A program made the position numbers and the translations under genes. DNA of 64,000 nucleotides. Source: Felis catus. Taxonomy: Eukaryota. The notes below the pieces were generated by a model, which did not search any database, was not told the DNA's origin, and saw only the letters and a program-made list of their open reading frames with translations. The stretch is from positions 207,082,001-207,146,000 of the forward strand of contig NC_058368.1 in NCBI RefSeq assembly GCF_018350175.1. Reading direction: 5' to 3'. Positions within the stretch are counted from its first letter, which is position 1. Every line of letters starts with the position of its first letter. Positions 37,551 through 49,377 of the stretch are shown one piece after another.

Positions 37551-38221
37551 GAGAACATTTTCAAACAAAGAAAAAATATACTAAAAAACAAACAAAAAAA
37601 CAAAACGCAGAGGATTTGGTTGTTCCATTTTTACTCTTCTTTTCATTGAGCTCTGTACATTAATTAAACAAAGCTTATGGGGAAAAGGAGAACACATTTT
37701 ATGATACATGGAAACAGAAATGGAGGATGTTACCCGGAGCCGCCATTGCCTGGTGCCCCGTCGCGCTTCCTTTCCCCTCCCCCACGTCTGGTCACAGGTT
37801 GATCTCTTCAGCATGTGCCCCGACACCTGGAATGTAAACTCCTTCCACAGCTCCCCAGGCCCTCGGTTATGGGCAGCAGCAGTGAGCTCTGTGGCTGGCC
37901 GTTGATCTAGACATCCAAATAAGAGAGCACCTCCAGGACGTTTTCACTGTGGACTGGGCACACTGGACATGATGTCCACACTGGGTCACAATGAAACAGC
38001 CTGTGCTTGCTACACTCACTCTTTCACAGTTTACAAGGTTAATCGCTACCCTGCTCCAACGAGCACCACGCAGGGCTGCTCACAATTAGAGGTAACTCAA
38101 CCAAATTCTTCCCTAGTTCTCAGGCCCTGCCCAGTTACTGTTTAGGCAGAAGAGATCAGGATCTCCCGGCTCTTCGTTTGTGTCTCTGCACATCTGTCTG
38201 GAAGCTCTGCAGAACAGTCTC

Positions 38222-38306
38222 CACCTTGCTCACTGTAGTACCTCAATCAATGGCACAATTGCCTATCACATAGTATGTGCTCAATAAAGACTTATTGAGT
38301 GAGTGA
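38222..38306 (+). mobile_element. L2 3' end
   Basis: cttgctcactgtag...cacatagtatgtgctcaataaa...ttgagtgagtga. Confidence 0.75.
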
Positions 38307-38546
38307 TTCTCCAGCAGTACACGACCGGCTAAATAAATATGATCTGTCAATACAAAGGGATACTGTGCAGCCCCTACATGGGATGAAGCTGTCAATGAAT
38401 AGCTCTGGGTGAAAACATTAAGTTGCCAAAGAGTATGCATAATGTAATCCAATTTACATAAATTATATGCATTTGTGTACACATACAAGGATATTATAGA
38501 GAACTTTAACAAGCTGTTGTAAGTTTTTTAATTCTCTCTGGTCGAG

Positions 38547-38736
38547 TTTTTTAAATGTTTATTTTTGAGAGAGAGTGCAAGCAGGGGAGGGACAGAGAAA
38601 GAGAGGGGGGCAGAGGATCTAAAGCGGGCTCTGCGCTGACAGCAGAGAGCCCAATGTGGGGCTTGAATTCACGAACTGGGAGATCATGACCTGAGCCAAA
38701 GTCAGACACTCAGCCGACTGAGCCACCCAGGTGCCC
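38547..38736 (-). mobile_element. Can-SINE
   Basis: Antisense body; TSD tctggtcga/tctggttga. Confidence 0.94.
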
Positions 38737-39780
38737 ATTTCTGGTTGATTTCTGATCTTTCTTATAATTACTAATGAAGACACGGCGTCACAATAATTAA
38801 CAGTGAAGAGTGGGGACTCGGAGAGAAAGAACAGTGAAAGAACAGCCAGTCCAGGGACTGAGCTTTGTTCTCTTTCTTTTCAGTTGCTCACGTGGTGTCT
38901 GAACTGAGCAAATACACAGCGTGAACACTTGTAATGATCCCTATTTCCCAAAGTTCTTCCACATGCGCTATCTCATCTGTGCCTCAAGTAAAATGATGAC
39001 ATTTGTGCTTTCTCTTGCTCCAGCTGTTGGTGAGTTTTTCTAAAAGTCCCTTCACTACAAAGCTTCCCTGGGAGAGCCGATTAGTGAGTCTAACCAATGG
39101 TTTATCTTGGGTCCTGTGGCTACTCTGACCTCTCAGGTCAGGCATCGTCACTCAGCTTGTATGTAGAACTACTTGGAAGCCTCCCTCCAGTGAGAAACAA
39201 CTAGATGTCTTAGTAAGGCAGTTTATGCTGCATTTATTACCTTATGAAATTTTTAATAAAATTGTTTTTATGGTTTTTACTTAGATTCTATTTTCTTAAG
39301 TCACAACTCTATGGGGAATGAGCCAGAAACAAATTCAAATAAGAGAAATTATGTGTACTTAGACTCACTTCTCTGTGCTCATGGCTAACACTTGGTTGAG
39401 AAGCATTCCTGCCCCACCTGACTCTCTGCTAACATTGGGATATTATGGCCTAATTGGTTCCCTGCCCTCCATGCAAATAGATTTCTAGCTGCCTACATCA
39501 AGGTGCTCCCTGACATGCCCAAATGTTGCTTAAGCTTAAAGCTCAAACCTTTATAATAAATGAACTAAGAGAAAAATAAAATGATTCACCCAAGAACACA
39601 CACAGTGATGAAGTTTAGACATGACTTAACCTACTGTATTGTTTTGCTCACTTAAGACATTTTTGTAACCTTACAAAATGATAATAGGCTACACAGTTTT
39701 AGACATTCGAACATGCTTTTCAAGAAAAGCCTTTTTTAAATAACTAATTTCCATCACATTTTCAATAAGACAAATGTTTC

Positions 39781-39990
39781 TTTTTTTTTTTTAACGTGTA
39801 TTTATTTTTGAGACAGAGAGAGACAGAGCATGAATGGGGGAGGGTCAGAGAGAGAGGGAGACACAGAATCTGAAACAGGCTCCAGGCTCTGAGCTGGCAG
39901 CACAGAGCACGATGCGGGGCTCGAACTCACGGACGTGAGATCACGACCTGGGCCGAAGTCGGACGCCCAACCGAGCCACCCAGGGGCCCC
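39781..39990 (-). mobile_element. Can-SINE with short deletion in head
   Basis: TSD agacaaatgtttct/agacaaacatttct. Confidence 0.95.
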
Positions 39991-40642
39991 TGAGACAAAC
40001 ATTTCTAATAGTAATCTTTTCACAAAGGGTGAACACATACATTATTCAAATATCTCCCCACACCTATTTCCCTAAAGTTGGTTTAGGGATCAATCATTGT
40101 GTTTATTTTAGACTTTTGCATTTTTATAATATGGTATTCTTTTCTGAATATAAAGGAAAATTGAGACAATTTAGAAAAGTATGAAAATATTTTAAATTTT
40201 CCATAATCTCATCACACAGAACTAAGCACCATGGACATTTTATAGCAGCATATTTTTGTCATTCAGTTCTCTATGCAATTTTAATTGATAATAGATCATG
40301 AGCATTTTCCTGTATCGTTGAACAATTTCTAAGCATGAGTGAGAATGCAATTTTATGTTGAGACTATTGTTTTTAAAAGTATTTTTAGGAGAGAGATCTA
40401 CGCATTTATTTGCAAATACTTTTTGTCAGATTAACTCTCAATTTTATGGCATTTCTCATATATAGAATACCTTAATTTTCATATGATATAGTTTAACAAC
40501 TTGTCACTTTGTGCTTTTATTCAGAGAATGATCTTTCCCATACTTGAGTAAGGTAATATTTACACAACTTTTCTCCTAGTCCTTTTTTTTTTTTTGATAT
40601 GTACCCAAAAGTAGGACTGCTGAGTCATATGCTAGTTTTAAA

Positions 40643-40846
40643 TTTTTTTAATGTTTATTTACTTTTGAGACAGAGACAGAGCATGAGTGGGTGAGGAGCA
40701 GAGAGAGGGAGACACAGAATCTGAAGCAGTCTCCAGGCTCTGAGCTGTCAGCACAGAGCCTGACACGGGGCTTGAACTCATGAACCATAAGATCATGGCC
40801 TGAGCCAAAGTCAGACACTTAACTGACTGAGCCACCCAGGCTCCCC
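40643..40846 (-). mobile_element. Can-SINE nested in L1
   Basis: TSD tgctagttttaaatttt / tgctagtttaaatttt. Confidence 0.95.
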
Positions 40847-41411
40847 TGCTAGTTTAAATTTTTGGAGGAACCTCCATACTGTTTTCCATAATGCCTATAT
40901 GAATTTAAATTATCACCAACTGAACAAAAGGGTCCCCTTCTGTCCATATCCTTATAAATATGTTACCTATAGGGTTTTTTTTTTTAATATAATAGTCATC
41001 TTAATATATGTGAAGTGGTATCTCATGGTTTTGCTTTGCCTTTTCCAGGTGATTCGTGGTGTTCAAATACCTTTTCATATACAAATGTTGGCCATTTGTA
41101 TATCTTCTTTGGCAATTGTCTGTTCTAGTCCTCTGCCCATCTTTTAACTGAGTGATTTGGTTTTGTTATTGATTGGTAAAAATTCCTTATATATTTTAAA
41201 TATTAACCTCTTACCAGATATATGCTTTGCGTTTATTTTATCCCATTACATAGGTTGCCCTTAAATTTTGTTAATTTTTCCTTTGGTGTACGGAAAGTTT
41301 TAGTTTGATATAGTAACACTTGTATATTTGCTTTTGTTGCCTGTGATTTGGTGCCCCCCCCCCCCAAATACTGCTAAGACTCATGTCAGTTGGCTTTGTC
41401 CCTATATTTTC

Positions 41412-41592
41412 TTTTTTTTTTTTTAAGTTTATTTATTTATCTTGAGGGGGCAGGGGCAGAGAGAGAGGGAGATGGAGAGAATCCCAAGCAGGCTCTACCT
41501 GACAAGGGGCTCGAACTCATGAACCCTGAGATCATGACCTGAGCCAAAACCAAGAGTCAGACGCTTAACTGACTGAGCCACCCAGGCACCCC
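41412..41592 (-). mobile_element. Can-SINE nested in L1
   Basis: TSD tccctatattttct. Confidence 0.94.
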
Positions 41593-41772
41593 TATCCCTA
41601 TATTTTCTATAAGGAGATTTATGGTTTCAGGTCTGCCAACTAACTCATTAATCCATTTTGAAGTGATTGGTGTAAGTTTAGGGTGTAATTCCATTCTTTT
41701 GCAGGTGAATATCCAGTCTTTCTAACACCTCCCAATAAGCTCTTTTGCGGGGGGGGGGGGCCTTTAAAAAAA

Positions 41773-42150
41773 GGCTTTATTGAGGTATTACTGATATGCA
41801 ATTAATTGTACATATCTAAAGTGTACAACTTAAGTTTTGACATATGTGTACCTTCGTGAAACCATCACCACAAGAGGGAACATATTAATCACCCCCCAAC
41901 ACTTCTTTGCATTCCCTTACAGCCCCTTTCCCTACTGTCCCCAGCCTACTTCCCAGGTGACCACTACTGCTGTCATTGTAGACCAGTGACTTTTCCTCAA
42001 ATTTTATATAAATGGCAACATACACATGAACTGTCTCCTCTGTGCTCTTACTCCAAAGTGTCGTTCTGAGATTAACCCATGTTGCGAATAGCTTGTTCCT
42101 TTTTATCCCACTATTTGGATATACCACAATGTGTTGATCCATTTGCCTGT
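41773..42150 (-). mobile_element. L1MB/L1ME 3' end fragment
   Basis: ggctttattgaggtat...taaagtgtacaact...gtgaaaccatcaccacaa. Confidence 0.8.
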
Positions 42151-42291
42151 GCTAATCCTTTTAAGTGTTTGTTGTTGTTATTGTTGTTGTTAGTGGTGGT
42201 GGTAATGGTGGTTTGTTACAATTCCTTTCTAAATCTGTAATTTTATTTTGTAATATATTGTGATGTAAGGGTCTTACTTTCCTTTCCTAAA

Positions 42292-42514
42292 TTTTTTTTT
42301 AATTTTTTTTTAACGTTTATTTATTTTTGAGACAGGGAGAGACAGAGCATGAACAGGGGAGGGTCAGAGAGAGAGGGAGACACAGAATACGAAGCAGGCT
42401 CCAGGCTCTGAGCTGTCAGCACAGAGCCCGACGCGGGGCTCGAACTCACGGACCGCGAGATCATGACCTGAGCCGAAGTCGGCCACTTAACCGACTGAGC
42501 CACCCAGGCGCCCC
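42292..42514 (-). mobile_element. Felid Can-SINE (low divergence)
   Basis: TSD tcctttcctaaatttt; CpG-rich near-consensus body. Confidence 0.96.
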
Positions 42515-42898
42515 TCCTTTCCTAAATTTTAATCACTTTTCTCTGTGTTACCTCTTAAATAATCGGTTATTTGCCAAATAATTAGACAAGCTGATTTTGC
42601 CATTCACTATTTGTGTATATAAATATATTTATAAAAGCACCAACTCCAGGATTCAGAGTATGAGCCAAAGAAGGCACCTTCTGCACATTTGTGTTATCTT
42701 TTCACTCTTCCTTTTACTTCCCCAGTTCAACACACCAAAGGTGGTTCTGGGTGGAAGAGAGTGAGCTGCCCCCACCCCCCAGCACCCTCAGTGCCCTCCC
42801 CACGGCAGCCTCTGTGATTACAGAGCTATGGAGATATCTTAACAAAAGCTACATTTCTGTATATTTAATAAGTGAATTAAAAAGAACAGGAAGAAGAT

Positions 42899-43116
42899 GG
42901 TGTGCCTGGGTGGCTCGGTTGGTTAAGCATCTGACTTTGGCTCAGGTCATGATCTCGAGGTTTGTAGGTTCGAGCTCCGTGTCGGGCTCTGTGCTGACAG
43001 CTCAGAGCCTGGAGCCTGCTTCAGATCCTGTGTCTCCCTCTCTCTCTGCCCCTTCCCCACTCACACTCTGTCTCTCTCTCAAAAATAAAATAAAAACATT
43101 TTTAAAAATTAAAAAA
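42899..43116 (+). mobile_element. Can-SINE
   Basis: TSD aaaagaacaggaagaaga / aaaaggacaggaagaaga. Confidence 0.95.
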
Positions 43117-43149
43117 AAAAGGACAGGAAGAAGAAAGAGAAGAAAGACA

Positions 43150-44110
43150 TTTATGACAAAAAATATTATCATGTGGAAAGATTTAGGATAATTACAGTAA
43201 ACATAGGAATAAAAATACAAGAAAATTTAAAAGATGAGATGTTTAGCAATATGGAGGTGAAGCAGAGTTGAAACAATTGAAGCAATATTGTTATTCCTGA
43301 AACAGAGGCATAAATAAATACAGTGGAAAATGTACTTTGATCTAAAAAAAGAAGATTTCCTAAAATTAAGAGAAAATTTAATCTGCAATTTGAAATGATG
43401 CTTTATATTCCAAGAAATATTGATGCAGAATAATCAATATTGTGGCATATCTGGCTCTTGTATTAAAATATAAAGATAAACAAATCTTCAAGCATCTAAA
43501 CTAAGCAATCCGTCAGTAAAGAGATAAAAAAGAAGTCTGGTCTCAGATGTTTATGTACATTGGACTTTCTAAGAGCTTTCCAGGCACTGTTCTAAGTGTT
43601 TCAAAACCATTATTGTAGCGCCCTTTAGTTTGACAATACAATGGAATTGTTACTGTTAATTACAGAAATCAGGGAAGAAAAACTCTTATTGCAAATTTTG
43701 ATCTAAAACAAAATCACAATTCAAGTCTAAAGGCAAGAGTTCAACAATTTTAAATAAGAGAGCTTGGGGACTGTAATAACCAGTGCCCTTCCTGAAATTT
43801 ATATTGTGAATAAAATCAGAATAATCAAGAGATGATTTAAAATAATGGACTCAAAAATGGAGAAGCTTTGGGAAAAAACTGGTGATGGTCAGTGAATATT
43901 TGAACCTATGACAAGTATTAAACAAAAGTAAGGATTGTTAGGTCTATGGAAATCTTAAAAGTTTTGAAAAGCAATAGTGATAACTAATAAACTATACCTA
44001 ATAAAGATGAGATGGGAGAAGGAAGGGTAGAGAAGATGTAAGAATCCTAACTTCCTTACCTTTTATATCAGGGAGACCATTTTTCAGAAAATTGAAAAAA
44101 GAAATTAAAG
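43150..44110 (+). mobile_element. HAL1 / ancient L1-ORF1-like fragment
   Basis: A-rich stretch with aatctgcaatttgaaa...ccaagaaatattgatgcagaa...gcatatctgg...aaagataaac...gtctggtctcagat, resembling ORF1-like LQIERAH..PRHIL..KDK..RLASDF coding. Confidence 0.6.
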
Positions 44111-45419
44111 AAAAAATTGATTATAATGTTTTTATATTTTTATAATTGTCCCTCCCATCCCATGGGTTGAAGAAACATTGACTGCAATGATATTCAGCAT
44201 TTCCTTTACTTCAAATTCCGTTTCCTTATTTTTTCCATTAGGTTCAAGTACATTTAAACTTTAGAATTTTATTAAAATGGCACATACAGAATTATGGACA
44301 TATTATAAAATGAAACCTATCCAGAGAGCTAAATATCTTTGTCAAACTTCCTTTACATCTTCACGCCAGTCTGTTTGTCTGTCTTTCTCTCTATATTAAC
44401 GCACAGACAATATTTGTAGTCATGTTCACCAAGTGCTGATTCTTGTTAGTTTATGGTGGTGGCATTTTGAGTCATTTTTACCTCTTCTTTAAACATTTTG
44501 AGAATTCCTTGAATTTTCCACAAAGAACTCATGTTTTTTTTTTATAAAAATAATGAGTTTATTGTATACAAGTGAAAAAGAAAAGACAGCATCCTGATAC
44601 ATGCCAGAAAACTTTCAGGATTATGACCACATTTTAAAAGAAAATATTAAACTATGCAACAGATAACATTCTTGCAATGAAAGAGTCATTTTCTTGGTTT
44701 CTCCAAAACCCAAAATATATCTGTAACTAAAAATATCCACTTAGTCTGATGTTCATGTTTGTGAGATGGTAATCCCACACACTTACAGAATTGGGAGATT
44801 GAGTTGGGGGATTTCCCTATGTTTGCCTTTGAATGGAATCATAAAAGTATGGATTTAAAAAAAAAATTAGGGTCATCAAATCCCATTTCAGAGATGGGGT
44901 AAAGAAAAGCCTAAAGAACTTAGTGATTTTCACTGAAAGATTCACGACTAAGTGAACTAAGGAGACAGCTGTTAAGACCTGTCTTCTAAAATCGGTCGAA
45001 TTTAGCCACATTGCCACCTTATATATTTGATATTTTTCATACAATGGAGACGAATGTTTCACCAAAAAAAATATTATATCATCTGAGCATATAAAAAGAA
45101 TTGTCCCTGTGCTCTTTTAGGGTAATCTGTAATGAAACCAAAGCTTTAAAAGGCTGAAAGACAAAAATTCATAGAAAAGAAACCTCCTATTCATCACGGT
45201 CAACAGGATTCATATCGTGTGCTGGCCTAGCAGGTGATCTCTTTGGGTTTGGTTTGTTTGTGTTATGTAAATTTTCTATAATTACATTTATTGTTTTGGA
45301 ATATCAAAGTTTCAAGAATCAGAACCTAGGATATTTTTTTTTCAAGAACCTAGAAATTTTACTCCTTAGCTTCATGAAAGAAGTCTCTCTTTCCAGATAG
45401 GATAATGTCAAATCCTTTC

Positions 45420-46240
45420 TCTACAAAAGCTATCCGAAACCGGAAAATAATTGGGAGAAAAGTAACTTTTCAAAGAGACTGTTCAAAGTGCACCCTGGGT
45501 CCTGTGAGCAGCAGCAAATACCAGCAGGAGAGGAAATGGGTCATCATGTTTGGGGACATCAGCTCACGAGCCTGAGTCACTGCTCGAGGCCTCCCATGAA
45601 GCAGCCAGAGCTTTGTCACCAATTCACTTTTTTTCCAGTATGAGCGGAGGAATATTCATCTGTTTCTGTGGTGATGGAGGCTTTCACAATATCCTCTGGC
45701 CAAAGAAATGTAACCACAGCCATAATGATTTCAGACTCAAACTATTTCAGCAGCAGCAACAACAGCAAAAACACAGCCGCGGCCAATTCCCAAATAAACT
45801 CATGTGAACGCTTCCTATTAGCTAATTGTCAAGGGGATTTTTATGGGAAACCATATCAAGAATGTTGCAGAGCTTCCTAGGATGCAGTTTTTCCTTGCTT
45901 GGATGTGAAGCCGAAATGGAATGCCAGGGAAGTAGAGTTTATTTGTTGGCGAGTTGGGATCGAAATGTGAGGCTTCCAAGAGCCTGGTATTCCTTCCCTT
46001 TGGTGCTCAGTAATCTCATGACTGTTGGTGAGTCACCTGACCTCGGTGCTTCTGGGCTGTTCCCCTCTCACCTATTCACCCCACCCCCACTTCCACCCCC
46101 CGCCCCCCGCATTAGAAAAAGGGATGATATACCCGATAAATATTTCTCAAACTGTTTCCTTCTGTGACATTCACAGCAGATGACTTTCACATGTGTGACA
46201 CTTTCCCAAGAGCATGTCCATATTTTGACATAAAAGAAAG
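45420..46240. promoter_or_regulatory. Enhancer-like unique sequence (AP-1/TEAD/RUNX/nuclear receptor motifs)
   Basis: TGAGTCA at 45573 and 46029, TGGAATG at 45917, TGTGGT at 45667, AACCACA at 45712, DR1-like gttcaaagtgca at 45481; higher GC/CpG than flanks. Confidence 0.35.
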
Positions 46241-46450
46241 TCTGGTGGGGAATAAAGCAAATAATGTTACAGACAGACCAAATCACAGATAAAACAGATC
46301 ATGGGTTACACTGAATTCTCAGGGTATTAGCTAACACTCTGTCTCTTCTCTCCCACTAAAGAAAATATATTGGAATGATTGAGAAAAGTGGTATTACAAG
46401 GATAAATTTAGTTCCACACTAATTTATATGCCAGTAAATTAAGGCTAATC

Positions 46451-46630
46451 TTTTTTTTTTTAAGTTTGTTTATTTATTTTGAGAGAGAGAGAGAGGAGAG
46501 AAAGGGAGAAAGAGAATCCCCAGCAGGCTCCACTGGGTCAGCACCAAGCCCAAGGTGGGGCTCGATTCCACAAATCGCATCATGACCTGAGCTGAAATCA
46601 AGGGTTGGACGCTTAACTGAGCCAGCCCAA
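46451..46630 (-). mobile_element. Can-SINE (older, degenerate head)
   Basis: TSD ggctaatctt; antisense body. Confidence 0.9.
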
Positions 46631-47084
46631 GAAGATTAGGGCTAATCTTCTTAAAGTACAATGAGTTTTTATAAGTCAATAAGGCAAAACAGTTTTTCTA
46701 AAAAGAGCAAAAGAAAAGCAAGGGTGTCTTATGAAAACAGAACTGTACATTTGTAAAAAAAAAAAACAAACAAAAAACAAACATTAAAAGGCCTTCAAAG
46801 TAACTAATCACTTACAGAAATCAAAATTACTAGAAGAGCAATTTATTAAAATGTTCAATATTTAATAATACACACAGCTGTCTAGGGTATGAGTAAAGAG
46901 AAACCCCTATGTGAAAATGTAATTGACTTAGCCTTTAGAAAGATTTTGACAATATATATCAAATTTTGTGTGTGTGCATCTTTTGACCCACCAATTCCTT
47001 TTCTAAGAATTCATCATATAAATGCACTTACTGAATTATTCAAATTGCATAATTTTTTTTTTTTTTTTATCAAGAAAGTAAGTT

Positions 47085-47290
47085 GCTGTAGCCTAATGAA
47101 AGAAGAATCAAGGCTGGATTTGGTAAAACTAGACTTAAGTTTAGGTTCATCTTATTAACTACAGAAACTTGAGCAAACCACTAAAATGTGTTTGATTGTC
47201 AGAATCATTCTGTAGTTTCTAATAATATCTACCTTAGAGGGTATTTGCAAAAATTAAATGAGAATGGATGAATGAGATCTCTTTGGAAAT
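47085..47290 (+). mobile_element. MIR fragment
   Basis: tgtagcctaatgaaagaagaatcaaggctggatt...cttgagcaaaccactaa...tctaccttagagggtatttg..aattaaatgaga. Confidence 0.6.
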
Positions 47291-48664
47291 TCCAAGTTAT
47301 CAATAATCTTTTTACCAGCACCACCACAACTAAAATATCATGGTTGCCGTTGTATCTGATTTTATGAAAATAATCAAACACATATATCCTTTAAAATGAA
47401 GGCAGAAAGGATTCTTATCTTTATTGAAAGAATTTGCTCCTGGGTTGCTCCATATAAATCATGTTAATCATATGTTTCAACAATATCCCATACTAAAACA
47501 TCAGTTTAAACAGAATTTATGGAACACACGTCAACTAGAAAAAAATATATATATATATACATAAATCTTTGTGATTTTAAATATAATACAGAAATATGAC
47601 TCTGTGTTTTTCTACTAGTTCCTGAACAGAAAAAAAACAGTACTCTCATGTTCCAGAAAGTAAATTAAAGTGGATTGCTTTATGTTAGACAAGAACAACT
47701 GTGCTGATCTCTGGAGATGCATCCTGGAGAACTATGATAAAAATATCAGGAAGGAAGAATCTGCTCGCGGCCTGTGTATGATCCAAAAATGAATCATCCT
47801 GACACCACGGTTCTCCAAGCATAACTTAGTGTCAAAAGTTAACTTGATAACAAAAGGAGATTTATGGATTTCTTTGAGATTCTGTATATTTTAAATCTGA
47901 TTAGATGACCCCAAAGGACACCTGGACCGTCCTGACCCACTAAGTAGAAACTTAACATGGTTCCACCTAACAGAGGGTGTCACTGACACAGAATCAACAC
48001 GCTGATTTCTAGCTGGAACGGCATTTTCCGACTGTGGAATGTTGGGCTGGAGAACATTCCTTCCAGGAAATATATAATGAGCACTATGTACACACACACA
48101 CTCACAATGCTCTATGATTAAAAGAGTTTGGGAAGCACGGCTTGTTGTTTATCCCCTGGTGAGGGCTCCTGATGCTCATTGGCTTATAAAAATGATGAGT
48201 ATTCTTACCATATAGAAAAATGGGAAGATGTAACCCGGCCCTTCCCAGTCTTCTGTAATCTAAAATTCTTGTGTGCTCAACACATCTGTCCAATTTCCAG
48301 AAAGCATTATGTGGGATATCAGTTTGGAAGATACTGTTGTGGGAATATAAAGCATGGTTTCAGAAACAGTATTTTGAAACGGACTTGAATGATGCTTGAA
48401 AACAGGGCTTTAAAATACATTTCTCCTAGAATTGAGAGTCACAAAAATATTTATCCTCAGGGATTGACTTTTTGTTTTGTTTTTTACTTTTAGCGGATAA
48501 TGTAACATAGAAAATAAGTGGTCTCGCATTTGTTGGATTATTGTCTACTCTGTAACAGGCACTGTTATAGGCAATGGGGATTTAGCAGACAATGTCCTCT
48601 CCCTTCATGGATCCAACCCTCCAGGAAGCAAGTTACCATGCTGCTTTAAAAGGGCTGATTGATT

Positions 48665-48883
48665 GGGGTGCCTGGGTGGCTCAGTCTGTTAAGTGCCCAA
48701 CTTCAGCTCAGGTCGTGATCTCCCAGTTTGTGGGTTCGAGCCCTGCGTGGGGCTCTGTGCTGATAGCTCTGAGCCTGGAGCCTGCTTCAGAGTCTGTGTC
48801 TCCCTCTCTCTCTCTCCCTCTCTGCCCATCTCCTACTCATGTTCTGTCTCTCAAAAATAAATAAATGTTAAGAAAATTTTTTT
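48665..48883 (+). mobile_element. Can-SINE
   Basis: ggggtgcctgggtggctcag head; TSD aaaagggctgatt / aaaagtctgatt. Confidence 0.95.
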
Positions 48884-49014
48884 AAAAGTCTGATTAAGAA
48901 GTTACATGACTAAAGATAGTGTAAGTTATTTGTGGGCCTTCCATGAGTGAAGTGACTTAAGAATTTCCCCAAGACATGTCATTGCTTTTTGCTTGTCTGC
49001 TGCCCATTTTTTTC

Positions 49015-49150
49015 AGCATTTAAAAAAGTATAGTAAAACACTCATAGCATCAATTTACCATCTTAACAACTCTTAAGCACACATTCCAGTAGTAAGTACA
49101 TTCGCATAGCTGTGTGATCAGTCTCCAGAACTCCTTTAATCTTTCAAAAG
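49015..49150 (-). mobile_element. L1MB 3' end fragment
   Basis: aatttaccatcttaac...taagtacattcgcata.ctgtg...tctccagaactc. Confidence 0.7.
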
Positions 49151-49310
49151 AGGTTTTCCTATTTTGTATACATTATACTTCTAGATACTCTATAAGAATG
49201 GAAAAACATGGGATAGGTCTTGGGTAATTTTTAAGTATGCAGTAATATATGAAAATCAAAAGCCTTTGATATTATCAAATATAATAAATCAAATTGAACA
49301 TAATAGTTCT

Positions 49311-49377
49311 CTCTCCTAAACTTCTTTCTAAACTCCTAACCTTCTCCTAAACCTTCTCTCTCCTAAACTTCTTTCTC
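49311..49377. repeat. Short imperfect tandem repeat (ctcctaaac units)
   Basis: ctctcctaaacttctttct occurs twice with partial units between. Confidence 0.75.

Larger units (their letters stand above)
40595..41728 (-). mobile_element. L1MA-type fragment interrupted by two SINEs
   Basis: gaggaacctccatactgttttccata, gtgaagtggtatctcatggtttt, ttaatccattttgaa. Confidence 0.9.

Noticed and set aside
42691..43191. Longest ORF (166 aa)
   Set aside because: Runs through a SINE and its A tail; chance open frame
45550..45807. ORF with polyQ (QQQQQQQ)
   Set aside because: Short CAG/CAA run in non-coding sequence, non-ATG start, no coding signature
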